Notes: generated by a model not told the origin, from the sequence alone. A stretch of DNA of 64,000 nucleotides from Octopus vulgaris (GCA_951406725.2 OX597836.1:36828001-36892000); one strand, 5' to 3'. Shown: positions 11,141-24,910, counted from the stretch's first letter. Made by a program: numbers and translations.

Positions 11141-11580
11141 AAGGAATATTATTCCTAACTTACAGGGAAAAATTCAATTTCGAAATACTAAATCAAATTT
11201 CACAAATTATAATATATATATATATGTAAAAATGAGAAAAAAACACATTTTATCAATTCGAAACGAACAATTAAATTACACCATCTAGAAAATTACATAT
11301 AATTGAAATATTAAAATTAAAATAACAATAATATTCCGATGGTTAAGTAAATTGCAAAATAATAATAAAAACGTATATTAAAAACCTATATATTTGGTAG
11401 ACTAACAAATATATACGTTTTTATTATTATTTTGCAATTTACTTAATCATCGGAATATTATTGTTATTTTAAAACTTAATACTTAATACTTAATATTTCT
11501 ATTATATGTAATATTCTAGATGGTGTAATTTAATTGTTCATTTTGAATTGATAAAAGGTTTTATTTCTCATTTATAAATA
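11139..11580 (-). mobile_element. (TA)n-embedded asymmetric fold-back element (same family as 24990-25380)
   Basis: Arms 11229-11378 / 11411-11573. The 85-bp tail with AACTTACAGGGAAAAA is shared with 15930, 20470, 25330 and 50470. Confidence 0.85.
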
Positions 11581-11585
11581 AATAA

Positions 11586-11631
<46 letters not shown>

Positions 11632-12427
11632 CTTGGTCAATTATGCTTCAGAACGAAGCTTCGGTCAAGTACACAGCGATAATAATAAAATAAGATGACA
11701 AAGGAAAAAATAATTATCTTATAAACTTCATTAGCTTACAATTGTTTCTGCTATGAAATTCAGTGCACCAATAGTTGAGTGTCTCAGTAATACCCTATAA
11801 CTTCCTAATAGTCTCATATTATACATTGAAGTCAGACTGAGAGAATTGTTTCTGTATTACCCTTGCTTAATGCCAAAGAGAATTTCAAGTTTTGGCGACT
11901 GGATTTCATTATTGATTTATGGAGCCACATGCCAGCAGCTCCAATTGCTGGAAACAACAGACATACTGCAATGAACTCACACACTACCAATCTGATTTAG
12001 TAAAAACATATTTGTCGATATACTTTAACGTATATATATATAAAAAATATGTTGGACATTACATAACATTAAATATAAAGTGTAGAGTGGGATTTAATCT
12101 CTTTAATGGAAATACTACATTCTGTTACAGTATGTTTTGATACAGATCTTCCTCATAAGTATTATGCCACATGCCACACACATACATACATACGCGTACA
12201 CGAAAACACATACACGCACACTCACACACACATATCTATTTGTCTATACTATCCGCTTTATATTTTTACGTGAGTTGTAGATATTGTTATTATCTAGCCG
12301 TCTATGTATCAATCTATATGTACGTATGTGTGTAATATATATATATATATATATTTGTGTGTGGGTGTATGTCTGTGTGCGTGTGTATGTATATTTATGC
12401 ATCTATGTACATCTTTATATATATATA

Positions 12428-12468
<41 letters not shown>

Positions 12469-12559
12469 TAGATATACATACACACACATACACACACACA
12501 TATATATATATGAATATAAAAAAATATATATATATATGAATATAAATATATATATATAT

Positions 12560-13039
12560 ATGAATATAAAAATACAAATGTATATAAAAGTATACTGTGT
12601 ACTTTGACGAGGTGAGTTTGTTGTACACGGAAAGTTTTCGTGTAAAAATATTTTAGTAATATATTGCATTGAAGTTGTAACCAACCTTATATATATTAAT
12701 ATGTATGTACCAATATTTCTTAACATGACTTCTACAAGAAAAAACGACTCCGATAATATTTGATAATGTTTTATGTACACAGATATGACGTAAACTATTT
12801 CAGCTAGTTTATATGAAAGATGCTGACAAGTAACTTATATAACATTCGGTTAACCCTTCATCTCACGTGTTGTGGCCATGCTGGGGCACCTACATTGGAT
12901 GCATGCGGTGGTTTGAGGCCGCTGCCTTTATATGCCCTTTCTGCTGTGAAGCTTGTTCATCTAGTACTCTTGGAAGTAAGAGGGCGACTCTCGTTTCGAA
13001 GACATCTACATGCACCACAGGTCTCACTCTATAATTAAA

Positions 13040-13070
<31 letters not shown>

Positions 13071-13385
13071 CACGTAATCACGTGATTACGTCAACGCCCA
13101 GACAATCTGATGTTGTTACACATCGCTGGTCACAATGCGTTGGCATTGTTTTAGCTTTCGAATGACGCCACAGCGCTGGCTAAGCGAGCAGGCCAACAGA
13201 AGAAAGAGTTGGAGAAAGAGTGGTGAAATAGTACAGCAGGGATCACCCCCCCCCCCTACCGGAGCCTTGTGGAGCTTTTTTTTGGTATTTTCGCTCAATA
13301 AACACTTACGACGCCCGGTCCGGGAATCGAAACCGCGATCCTACGACCGCCAGTCCGCTGCCCTAACTACTGTGCCATTGCTCCT

Positions 13386-13439
<54 letters not shown>

Positions 13440-14060
13440 GAATATAAAAATACAAATGTATATAAAAGTATACTGTGTACTTTGACAAGGTGAGTTTGTT
13501 TTACACGGGAAAAGCGCATTACATATAGAAAAAAGTTTTCATATGAAAAAGTTTTCGCGTAAAAATATTTTAGTAATATATTGCATTGAAGTTGTAACCA
13601 ACCTTTAATATATTAATATGTATGTACCAATATTTCTTAACATGACTTCTACACGAAAAAACGACACCAGTAATATTTGATAATGTTTTATGTACACAGA
13701 TATGACGTAAACTATTTCAGCTAGTTTATATGAAAGATGCTGACAAGTAATTTATATAACATTCGGTTAACCCTTCATCACTGTATAAATCTATTTCTAT
13801 TGACACGATCAGATGAAGAAACCAGCATTTATCATATATTCTGCTTTGTTAAATTCTTTCACATAGATTCAGCTCACGGTTTGTGGCCAAGCTGGGGCAC
13901 CGACATTTAATGCACGCGGAAGTTTGACGCTGCTACCTTCATATGCACGTCCTGCTGTGAAGCTTGTTCATCAGGGACTCGTGGTTGTAAGAGAGCTACT
14001 CTTGTTTTGAAGACATCTACATGCACCACATGTAGGACTCTATAATTAAATGTGTACATA
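12560..14060. repeat. Local direct duplication (~12560-13050 / ~13438-14060) around a SINE
   Basis: ATGAATATAAAAATACAAATG...AACCCTTCATC is nearly identical in both copies; the distal ~185 bp is visibly more diverged. Confidence 0.92.
13071..13389 (-). mobile_element. SINE family A
   Basis: Reverse complement of the GTGGAGG.GCAATGGC.CAGT.GTTAGGGCAGCGGAC head; same subfamily as 46355. Confidence 0.88.
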
Positions 14061-14112
14061 TATATATATATATATACATACATACATATATTATATATAT
14101 AAATATATACAT

Positions 14113-14160
<48 letters not shown>

Positions 14161-14165
<5 letters not shown>

Positions 14166-14778
14166 AGATAAGAAAATGGAGAACTACATCTAAATCAAAT
14201 ATCAATTACCAGATAGTACTCAATCACATACTTTATTAAACCACCACATAAGAGACTGTAGGGTTAAATATAAAAAGCAGAACAAATCAGTGTACGTAAA
14301 GGAATGTACATAAAAAAGTGTACATAAAAGAGTAATGTTGTATAATAATTAGAATATATATAAAAAAGAAAATGCTTATATTTATATTTACTTGTATTTA
14401 TATTCTTTTTTATATATATTCTAATTATTATACATTACTCTTTTATGTACACTTTTTTATGTACATTCCTTTACGTACACTGATTTGTTCTGCTTTTTAT
14501 ATTGAACCCTACAGTCTCTTATGTGGTGGTTTAATAAAGTATGTGATTGAGTATTATCTGGTAATTGATATTTGATTTAGATGTATTTCTCCATTTTCTT
14601 ATCTTGTATTAGTAATTTGTGGTAAATCATTGTACCTTTGCCCATATAATACAGTAAATGAATTGATTGCATCGCAATCATTAACATTTATGTATTAACT
14701 TTGTTGGGTACTTCACTAGCAGTATATTGGATATACGTTATCCCATAGAGGGTTGCATTTACAACCCCTATCTCAATT

Positions 14779-14782
<4 letters not shown>
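14161..14782. mobile_element. (TA)n-embedded asymmetric fold-back element with ~210-bp arms
   Basis: 14161-14371 pairs with 14403-14609 with few mismatches; ~170-bp unpaired tail; (TA)n on both sides. Confidence 0.85.
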
Positions 14783-14849
<67 letters not shown>

Positions 14850-14851
<2 letters not shown>

Positions 14852-15357
14852 TGCAAGTTCTGGTACAAACCTTGCAGACACGCGTCTCATACCCAGATGT
14901 TCAATGATAATGGAACTGAACAGTGACTAAACTGTACATCCTTTGATAACCCATGGAAGGTGATTCTCCCCATAGTGGCTTCTCCGCATAGCTGCAAGCA
15001 CATTTGCAATGTTTTTCACAGTTCTGCTGGTTTTGGGTCCCCAGAACGTTCGACAATATAGACATCTTTTCGGCCATCTTGTTAACTTCTGAACCATTGC
15101 TACACTTGTGAGCGGCTCATACACCTCTTTCTATATATTTTCTGCAACTTTGCGTTGGTTTCTAAACGGGTATCACAATGACAAATTTCTCTGCCATCGT
15201 CATTATGACGATCAAACGCTATAGACGATCTTTCCGGGCATAAGTGAAGTAGAACGTTAAAACTTAGTGTGCCTGCAAAGCAGAGCGCATGATCAATCTG
15301 TGCCAAGCAGACACTCTCTGCTTGCTTTACCTTCGTTACTCTGACAACATCCTTGTA
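14850..15357 (-). mobile_element. Mariner 5' fragment (HTH region)
   Basis: Minus strand reads LQKIYRKRCMSRSQV*QWFRS*QDGRKDV...PKTSRTVKNIANV...LGMRRVSARFVPEL (WVPxxL-type motif). Confidence 0.82.
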
Positions 15358-15374
15358 TATATATATATATGTGT

Positions 15375-15438
<64 letters not shown>

Positions 15439-15497
15439 GTGTGTCTGTGTGTGTCTGTGTGTGTGTGTTTGGACAATATATATGAATATATGAAAGG

Positions 15498-15730
15498 AGC
15501 GTGTGGCTTCGTGGATAGAACGGTGGGCTCCTGGTCTTAGGATTGTGTTTTCCATTCTGAATCGGGTGAAGCGTTGTGTTCTTCAGCAAAACACTTAAAT
15601 TCAAGGTGTCCCAGTCCACCTATGTGTAAAAAATAAGAAACTGATTACTCCTGTGATGGACATATGCGTTACAGAAGCAGGGAAACCGGCGATATTAGTC
15701 TATAGAAGTCGGGAAGGATCATTTTCCTTT
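15498..15730 (+). mobile_element. Old tRNA-derived SINE related to family A
   Basis: Degenerate tRNA head, CGTTGTGTTCTTCAGCAAAACACTT core, GGGAAACCGGC near the 3' end. Confidence 0.6.
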
Positions 15731-15784
15731 ATAAATAGATAGATGCATAAAATAAAACTTACAGATTTACATGTACATGCATAT

Positions 15785-15830
<46 letters not shown>

Positions 15831-15832
<2 letters not shown>

Positions 15833-15990
15833 TATTAAATTAGAGACAAAACCACTATTAGGCAAATCAAACAATGAAAAACTTAAGCCAATACATATAA
15901 TATAATATGTTACTATAAAATTGGATTCAATCCTAAATCTGATTTTTCCCTGTAAGTTTGGATTTATTCCCTAATATTTATTATTATATA
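15831..15990 (+). mobile_element. Internally deleted copy of the 20468 fold-back family
   Basis: One arm start (AATTAGAGACAAAACCACTATT) is joined to the tail (TCCCTGTAAGTTTGGATTTATTCCCTAATATT), between (TA)n runs. Confidence 0.75.
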
Positions 15991-16000
15991 TATATATATG

Positions 16001-16310
16001 TAACGATAAACGTCGCCCTTTTCAAGCCTAGCCAGACTCATGGGCCCGGTTTCCCGGTTTCTGTGACGTATGTGTGTGTCCCCCCCCCCCCAGCTGGACG
16101 GGACGCCAGTCCATCGCAGCGTTACTCAAGAAACAGGAAGAGAGCGTGAGAGAAAGTTGTGGCGAAAGTGTACAACAGGGGGTGCCACCACTTCCTGCCG
16201 GAGCCTCGTGGAGCTTTTAGATATTTTCACTCAATAAACACACACAACGCCCGGTCTAGGAATCGAAACCGCGAGTCCGCTGCCCTAACCACTGGGCTTT
16301 GCACCTCCAC
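16001..16310 (-). mobile_element. SINE family A
   Basis: Matches 28765-29058 and the reverse complement of 184-489. Confidence 0.88.
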
Positions 16311-16343
16311 ACACACACACACACATACACACACATACATACA

Positions 16344-16378
<35 letters not shown>

Positions 16379-17832
16379 TTATGTATGCAGTTGTTTATAT
16401 ATGTATATATATGTGTATGCATATGTATATGTATGTGTATTTATGCTTTTTATATGTATGTATATGTGTCTTTGCGTATATATGTAAGTCTGTATGTTGA
16501 TAGGTAGGTACACATGTGTATATGTTTGTGTGTATATTTACATTTTTTCTCTCTTATTCTTTTAATCCTTTACTTGTTTCCGTCATTTGGCTGCAGGCAT
16601 GTATGCTTACAGTCCTATGTATATACACAGAGGATTCGTGCGCCAGCAGCGTGGGAATATTTGTTCATTTCACTAATTTTTAATGCATTTATCAATAGAA
16701 TATTTCTGGTTTCTGGACAAAACTTCATGATTCTGTTTTGTTTATTTCCCCATAACTACGTTGAAGTATTACAACCTCCAGTGGTTGATAGACGAAAATG
16801 TCAGCTTCATACGGAAGACGATTTCATTTCCAATATCCTCGTACAAAGATATATGGCTTTGTGTCAGAAACCGTTATTCTCTTTTAGTATTTTAATCTTA
16901 AGTAATCACACTAACAGCATGAGCGAGGTCGTGACTACTGCTACCAATCATGATAACTTAGCATATTTTCTCGAAATATTAAAGTCCAGCCGTCTAGTGG
17001 TTTTGTTCCTGGTTAGCTAGAGATAGCAGCTAAATATCAAGAATATAAATATTCTTTTACGCAATTCTTTCATATTTGTTCCAGTCACCTGACTGCGGTC
17101 ATGCTGTGGCCAGTAGTTGAAAGGCTTTTTGGTTGAATAAATCAACCCTGCCCCGACTTATTGTTTTGGCGACTAGTAGTTATTCTATTGGAAACCTTTG
17201 TAGAACCACCACCGATGGCGATGCAGTTTACTCCTAGGAGAGTTCTATTCTGGTTGGTCTGTATAACAAAAGTTAATCGACCAATGATCTCATATCTTTG
17301 CAGGCGTATTGCACTCAATTCTACAATTATTTAGTGTTTCTTTATTCTTTATTCAACAGAATGTTGCTTGAGTAATACTTGATTGTTATTTCTGGCAGCT
17401 CATATGCAAGCGCTCATATGCATGCACCAATTTTGGCTCTTGTCAGTAATTTTCTAGTTTCGAAATAACATAATCTTCTGGTGAACAACTCATTCAAGGA
17501 AATAATTTAGTGAGATTCCAATGAATGTTTTCTATGGAAATGTATTTCCTCAGTAATGCATGGAGCAGAAAGGAATAAGGAATAATAAGTTTCTTTCAAA
17601 GCTTTTAGCAAATGGTAAATACACACTATCCATGTAAAGCAAAGAGATGGTGCGGCATTTAAACTATGGATTTTTACTGAAAATGTCTCAACAAGACAGT
17701 ACGCAGTAGAACCAATATTTATATAGTGCTCTGGGTGTACACTTTCTTATAGCAGAAACAGTAATTGATTACGTGACCAACAAATTGATTAGTTTTCATT
17801 GCCATTCATTGATTAATGTTATACTCAGTACT

Positions 17833-18040
17833 AAGGCTGCGAGATAGCAGAATCGTTAGCACACCGCGCAAAATGCTTGGAGGCATTCAGTCCATCGTTA
17901 CGTTTTTCTTGGAATTCCGGCTTTTCATCCTTTCGAGGTCGATATCATAACTGCCAATTGAGTAGCGTGGTCGATGTAATCGATTTACCCAAACCGATGT
18001 GAACTTGAACTTGCTGGCCTTGTGCCGGTATTTGAAACCT
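17833..18040 (+). mobile_element. Old SINE family B
   Basis: GCAGAATCGTTAGCAC head and CTTTTCATCCTTTCGAGGTCGAT core. Confidence 0.7.
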
Positions 18041-18189
18041 ATAATACACTCTGTATGTGCCTAACGGTTTCCTATAAAGCATATGTATATTGAGCTCTGA
18101 CAACAGTTTATTAGTATTGCTATGCCTATATACGTACATACATACATACATACATACATACATACATACATACATAGATATATACATAT

Positions 18190-18250
<61 letters not shown>

Positions 18251-18253
<3 letters not shown>

Positions 18254-18437
18254 AGAATTCACGAAAAAAATAAAAGACTAAGACAGGTGGCGTAGAAAAC
18301 AAACAGATGTATTAGGTATAACGGTCGGGAATTGAAAAGGTCTACGTTTCGAGCCTACGCTCTTCCACAGAAAGGGACACAGAAGGAAACAAGGAGAGAA
18401 AAATATGTGTGTAGTGGCTAACGATCTATCATGGTGA

Positions 18438-18440
<3 letters not shown>
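18251..18440 (-). mobile_element. (TA)n-embedded short element, pLTR-like (family shared with 38415-38580)
   Basis: Both copies share (A/G)TTTCGAGCCTACGCTCTTC.ACAGAAAG, whose minus strand is a hammerhead-like GAAGAGCGUAGGCUCGAAA. Confidence 0.65.
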
Positions 18441-18474
<34 letters not shown>

Positions 18475-19173
18475 TATGAGAAAGAAAGAAAGAGAGAGAG
18501 AGATAACGAGAGAGAGAGAGTAAAGTGTATATAAAATATGTATTATAAAGCTCGATGAAAGCCGTTAAAACACATTTGGAACAGGATTATCCAAACGGAA
18601 CAGGATTAGAATGTATTGTTTGGTTAGCTGATCTGATTGCAAACAATGCAGATCCGAGTGCAATAATAGCATCTCGCACTGCAGCGTTTTATATTCCATA
18701 TTTTTTCAGATTTCTATGAATTACGTTTCTAAAGAAATTTCTAAAATCAATTTTCTTTGTTTCTATATTTTCTCCGCTTAAATCTAACCATAAATAATAT
18801 ATTCTTGTTTAGTTTTGCGATTGAAAATTTCCTATGTTCAAAACTTATATTTTAGAAGCATTTTAGGAAGAATGTAAAATGAGAAAATTGTTTCGCAGTT
18901 TGCGTAATTCTAAACAGAAAATAGATGTTTGCGGAAAGTGAAAATGATGAAGGCGGTACAATTGCAGGGGATAATCAGGAGAATTTTATTACAGAGGAGT
19001 CAGAATAAGCATCTCTTTAAGTGAAAAAATTGTTGAAACGAAAACGTTGGGTGCTTATTAGAGAAATCCGCCCAGAATAAATCATACTCTGCATAGTAAT
19101 GTAAAAAGATATGTTGGTATGTTTTTTGAATTGAGCACATTATACGTAGATTAAATAGCTAAACTTAATTTTG

Positions 19174-19541
19174 GGATCTTTTCGGTTTGAACGGTAGGTT
19201 TTTTCTAGCGGTGTCATATGAAATTGTCACCCATAATTATGACCCTAGTATCGATCTATTGCATTTCAATCTGTTTTAGGATTATGGTTAGGGTTAGGGT
19301 TAGGGGTGAGGGGAAGGGTATCTTTTTTTCTTCAGAAATGTAAATAATAGACGTCAGTGATTGGTTGAAATTGCAGAAATTGAAGAAATAAAAACAACAA
19401 ATATCTTACAAACTATAGAATTTTCTCAATAAAGCCAAGAGAAAAAAATGTATTATAAACACATTCTACCAGTATACGAAGTTAAAAATTTTTTAGTTAT
19501 CTGGAAATTGTTAAAAACTGCCGTTCAAGCAGAAAATATCC
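19174..19541. mobile_element. MITE with ~30-bp TIRs and internal (TTAGGG)n
   Basis: TIRs GGATCTTTTCGGTTTGAACGG / CCGTTCAAGCAGAAAATATCC; ~8-bp TSD TAATTTT(G/T); GGTTAGGGTTAGGGTTAGGGG at 19286-19306. Confidence 0.82.
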
Positions 19542-19554
19542 TAATTTTTTTTAT

Positions 19555-20015
19555 TATGGCGGAGTTCCCACCAGGGCCGCAACAACAAAATCCACCCGCC
19601 ACACTTCTCGATCCAGCATTACTGCCTCGCGGTCCTGGATACATTCCAGACCGGTGTCTGCAATCAATTTATCGATGTGTGACGACATTTTCCTTTTCTT
19701 ACATCAAAGATGAAGTGAGTTCCGCAAGACTAATTTGGACGATTCCAGCTCAGAGTGGCGCAGGCAGTGACTAGATAGTCGTAGGCGTGGTTGCCTGATC
19801 TTCTCGCTATCTTTCGGCAGGTCTCCATACAGGCATTCGTTTGTCATTTGTTGCTGCCATTTCACATTTAGGACCATTCGTAGCATCGTTGTGTAGCATC
19901 CATTTAGCCTTTTGACAATTTCTTTGTCAGTGTCCATGCTTCACTGCCATAATTCTACAGTTGCAATGAAAAGTTTGAATTTGATTTTTCTGGGCAATAA
20001 AGAGTTCCAGGCCTA
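19555..20015 (-). mobile_element. RTE-clade LINE 3' fragment (RT C-terminus)
   Basis: WNSLLPRKIKFKLFIATVE...YGSEAWTLTK, then KRLNGCYTTMLRMVLNVKWQQQMTNECLYGDLPKDSEKIRQPRLRLSSHCLRH. Confidence 0.85.
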
Positions 20016-20425
20016 GTTTAAAGAAACATAAGGAAATTACAAAAGACTCATTACTTGAGCTATTGTAGCTCTTCACCGGGGTTCAAGGATGCTAGCAACG
20101 TTTACTTCTATCATTACCGAAAATACCAAATACCAAAATCCCGTTTTCATGAAGCCGTACGAAACAGAATCACACGAACCTTGATCGATTGATTAATCTT
20201 TTAAGGGTCACTTTGGTTGACCAAGTTCTTCAATATGCAGTGTTGCGCTTTCTACACAGCCGAACCCTCTTCCTTTGATCCAGACACTATGAAATCCTGC
20301 TTTTCTGCTCCGAAACCAACGAAATTAATTTTCTCTTCAAAATTATAGTAGCATCAAGAAATTCGATCATTGTGTACATACACATACACACACGTACTCA
20401 TACACACGAACACACACACACACAC

Positions 20426-20467
<42 letters not shown>

Positions 20468-20471
<4 letters not shown>

Positions 20472-20722
20472 AATATTAGGGAATAAATTCAAATTTACAG
20501 GAAAAAATCAGATTTAGGATTAAATCCAATTTTATAGTAAAATATTATATAATATTAATTCGAGACAAAACCACTATTTTGCAAAACAAACAAGGAAAGA
20601 CTTAATCAATACATAAAAATTTTTAATATAAAGAAATAAACCGCCACTATTATATTAAAAATTTTTATGTATTGATTAAGTCTTTCCTTGTTTGTTTTGC
20701 AAAATAGTGGTTTTGTCTCGAA

Positions 20723-20735
<13 letters not shown>
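20468..20735 (-). mobile_element. (TA)n-embedded asymmetric fold-back element with perfect 86-bp arms
   Basis: 20546-20631 is the exact reverse complement of 20650-20735; the ~78-bp tail is shared with 11139, 15930, 25330 and 50470. Confidence 0.88.
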
Positions 20736-20782
<47 letters not shown>

Positions 20783-21244
20783 GTGGGGTAGGAATATAGA
20801 CAATACACCTCAATATCTATTATTGTTTCTAAACATGCTTCTTTCAGCTGTCTAATATTCAGATCTGTTATTTATTAATAATATATTCGTTTTCCAAGTG
20901 TGACTTCCAATTCTCCGTTATCTCATTTTACATCATCACTTGCATGCGTCTCTCGTTCTCTGTGGCTCGGAGTCACTCTCCTCATTTTCTCTTTCTTTCC
21001 CTCTATTTCTCCCTTTTCCTTTCTCTCCCTTTTTCTCTTACTCCTCTCTCTCTCTCCGTCTTTCTCTCAAACAGTCTTCCTGACACTATTTCTCTGTTTT
21101 GTAAGTAACGTTTCGTCTATTTACGGACACTTCGCTCTGATTGCTAATTGCCTCCCGATATATTTCAAAGAGAACCCAGAATGTTACGCTCGGACATGAA
21201 GTAACATAGTCATTGTATAAGAAGTAAACATTGTATAATATATA

Positions 21245-21412
21245 AGGCGGGGTATAATATATAAGCTGGCATAATCGTTAGCACGCCGGGCGAAATGCTT
21301 AGCGGTATTTCGTCTGTCTATCATCCTTTCAGGGTCGATTAAATAAGTACCAGTTACGCACTGGGGTCGATGTAATCGACTTAATCAGTTTGTCTGTCCT
21401 TGTTTGTCCTCT
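21245..21412 (+). mobile_element. SINE family B, internally deleted
   Basis: GCTGGCATAATCGTTAGCACGCCGGGCGAAATGC head and GGGTCGATTAAATAAGTACCAG core. Confidence 0.82.
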
Positions 21413-21452
21413 CTCTATATATAGAGAGAGAGTGAGAGTGAGAGAGAGTGAT

Positions 21453-21625
<173 letters not shown>

Positions 21626-22445
21626 TATACGCACGTAAGTATGTAGCACGTATGTGTATTTCGGTGCGTGAGTGCGCGCAGGAGTGTGTGCATAATTTCG
21701 ACTAAAATCGGAAGTATTGCTACCACTGTATTAGAGTTTAGATAAAAAGCACTGCTTCATCTTCGAGATGTGTCAAAAATACTTTCAGCCACGACAGTCA
21801 TGTATATATAATGACTGCACCTTTATTTCAAGTAAAGATATCATTTGATTATTCTCTTAAACTGAAAGTCCACATATGTAGTTATTCAGTCTTTTTTAGG
21901 GATATACACACATTTAAAAAAAATGTAGCAATGATGGGCACCTCATACAGTTGGTGTTCACCTTCATTCTATTGATGGCAAACATAACAAGGATGTTAAC
22001 AATCAAATGTTGCCTGTGCCCGAAGAATTTATAAATGTTGACTTATAAGAATTTATAAAGAGTTGATAAATGCCTTACACAAATCAAGTCCATTTTATAA
22101 TCATAGAATAAATTTCTTCCAACTGAAGAACTACTCTCCATCATTGAATGCAAAAGGATTCGAAGGTCTTACATTAGTGCTTTCCTTTTCCTATAAAGAT
22201 GTCCCAAAAAACAAAATATGGGTCTTTCATTCACAGGTATCTTATGGGCATGGATTCTACTGAGTCCATCAACCAGGATCTCTATCATCATACCTGATAG
22301 CGCTGCTGGTGTAGTCCCCGTCAGCCCAAACATATGGCCACCAGGTGGAATCAAACGTATTTTTTCCATTTTTCAAACTTTAATTCATAGCTCAAACAAC
22401 TTACATATGAAAGCGTTTATTAATCAATATATATATATATATATA

Positions 22446-22765
<320 letters not shown>

Positions 22766-23109
22766 GTGGTGAGGAAATAGGTGAGTCTGAAGCAAACCAA
22801 CAATGAAGCGTAAGATAAAGGTGTTGAGGATGTCGATGACGATGAAGGCGATGTGAATGACATATCGATGATTGAGATCATTAGAACGATTATGAAGAAT
22901 TCGATGAATAGGTGTCCGATGGTTATCAATGCAAGGAGAATAGGAACCGAAGTTTTCGATTATGGTAATGGCGATATACAAATTTTAGTATCTTCCATAT
23001 TTATGCTTCTTATCGATATCGATTATGGTTTTCTTTTTAAATTTTCACAACCTGCATTTTTATACTGATGTTACCCCTATTCGCTGCTTAATATTCTAAA
23101 CACGGGATA

Positions 23110-23230
23110 GGGCGACGAGATGGCATATCGGTTAGCACGTCGGGCGAAATACGTTGCGGCATATCGTCTGTTTTTGTGTTCTGAGTTCAAATTCCGCCGG
23201 GATTGACTTTACCTTCCTTCCTTTCGAGGA
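23110..23230 (+). mobile_element. SINE family B 5' fragment
   Basis: GTTAGCACGTCGGGCGAAAT...GAGTTCAAATTCCGCC. Confidence 0.75.
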
Positions 23231-23234
23231 AAGA

Positions 23235-23535
23235 ATCACAAATGGTTGTAGGAGAAATTCTATGACTTCACCAGCCCCACCGGACTTCAAATTCCCCCAA
23301 ATTGCAATCCCACCGATTGCTGTGTGTGTGTGTGTGTGCGTGTGTGTGTGTAGGGGTGTACTGTTCAGAATGACACCAACCGTTCTGCCTTCAAGTACCA
23401 AGGCAGAGCTTCTGGTCAACATCGAAAGAGGTGTTTGAAGCTCTTCCCAGGGATACAATGAGGAGAATATGTCCCAGACTGCGAAGCCGTCTTGAGGCCT
23501 TGTTGGAAATTGAGGGCCGCCGCTTTGAATAAATT
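23235..23535 (+). mobile_element. Tc1/mariner (maT/DD37D-like) transposase 3' fragment
   Basis: FYDFTSP...NSPKLQ/NCNP.D..., ...SRLEALLEIEGRRFE* at the end; interrupted by (GT)n. Confidence 0.65.
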
Positions 23536-23622
23536 TTGATTTCCTAGACATAATCTTGTTCCTCTCTTGATTTTCTCTAAACACTTTTATTTTTAGATAG
23601 GATAAAAATTAAATTCACGTTT

Positions 23623-24221
23623 ATCTCTCTATATATAACCGCAAAATGTCTGCTTGTGTGTCCTTTATACAAATCCACAATTTTTCAGTTGGAGGGCTCG
23701 CACTTTCTATGGTCATTCCAAGCCGTCCAAGGGTGTGGTCGTGCACATCTTTACATTTCCCCAGTCACCCTGCAAAGCCATTAAAAAAATCAATAGAAGT
23801 GACTTTTTGTGAATTTTTTAATCCAAAACCCAATCTAAATGCCTGAAACTTGATACGCCAATTGAATGCCAGCTAGCTGTATGTGATTGGTCGGAGATTT
23901 GGACAGTACTCGCGTCTATGTGCGCATGCACGCAGCTGTATATATATTTCTTTACTGCCCACAGGGGTCTAAACATAGAGGGGACAAACAAAGACAGACA
24001 AAGGGATTAAGTCGATGACATCGACCCCATTGCGAAACTGGTACTTTATTTATCGACCCCGAAAGAATGAAAGGCAAAGTCGACCTCAGCGGAATTTGAA
24101 CTCAGAACGTAGCGGCAGACGAAATACTGCGGAGTATTTCGCCCGGCGTGCTAACGATTCTGCCAGCCCACCGCCTTTTAATACGCATCTGTATATACAT
24201 GTACTATCAGTATAGTGCTAG
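23623..24221 (+). mobile_element. Non-autonomous Helitron-like element containing a SINE B
   Basis: 5' A|TCTCTCTATATATAA; 3' hairpin GTACTATcagtATAGTGC ending CTAG|T. Confidence 0.65.
23946..24177 (-). mobile_element. SINE family B
   Basis: Full-length reverse copy; flanking ACGCA(G/T)CTGTATATA is duplicated. Confidence 0.9.
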
Positions 24222-24689
24222 TATTATATGAAGAAAGAAACAAAAAACAAAAGTTGTAGAAGTTAAGAACTGAAACTTTTCTGAAAAGACAAAGAGATTC
24301 TCTCTCCTTTGATAAATTCTTTCCCGCCAGGAGCGAACCATATAGTATTCTCTTTTCCTTTTAAGCAAACTGTCAAATTTAGACTAATCACCTTGTAAAA
24401 GGTGAGAGATTTGCATGACATTTGCAGCTGCAGGTCTCAGTATCTCTATAGGAAATCGCTACAACTTATGACCAGTAAATTAAGTTAGAAAATGTAAAAA
24501 TAAATTTCTAGGAATCATAAAGTGAAGTAGATGCGCGATCACAAGATTACTCATACACATTATACAATACCTCACCCATTTTAATTAACCTCCGACCAAA
24601 ACATATTCAATATGGCAAATATATATTAAATTATTGCAGCAGGTTATGTATTCGGTGTGGGCTATAATCGATTAACTCGATCCTCAATA

Positions 24690-24910
24690 TTCTTTTACTC
24701 TTTTATTTGTTTCAGTCATTTGAATGAAGCCATGCTGGAACATCACCTTAATGGAGTTTTGTGGTAGAAATCGACCGTAGGACTTATTTCTTGCCAACCT
24801 ATTACTTATCCCGGTGTGTTTTGCCGAACTCCTAAGCTACGAGGGTATAAGCACGCCAACATCGATTGTCAAGCGATGGTGTGAGGACAAACGTAGACAC
24901 AAAGACACAT
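24690..24910 (-). mobile_element. SINE family C 3' part
   Basis: TTGTTTCAGTCATTTG...GCCATGCTGG...TTGTCAAGCGATGG. Confidence 0.75.

Noticed and set aside
16514-17020. 168-aa ORF
   Set aside because: Begins in microsatellite/SINE-derived sequence, with no recognisable domain or convincing splice signals.
19286-19306. TTAGGG as a telomere or fusion scar
   Set aside because: Only about three units, internal to a TIR/TSD-bounded MITE.
21950-22410. Coding-like segment (ORFs 22169-22369, 22218-22448)
   Set aside because: Multiple stops in all frames and no motif I could assign; probably an old transposon fragment.
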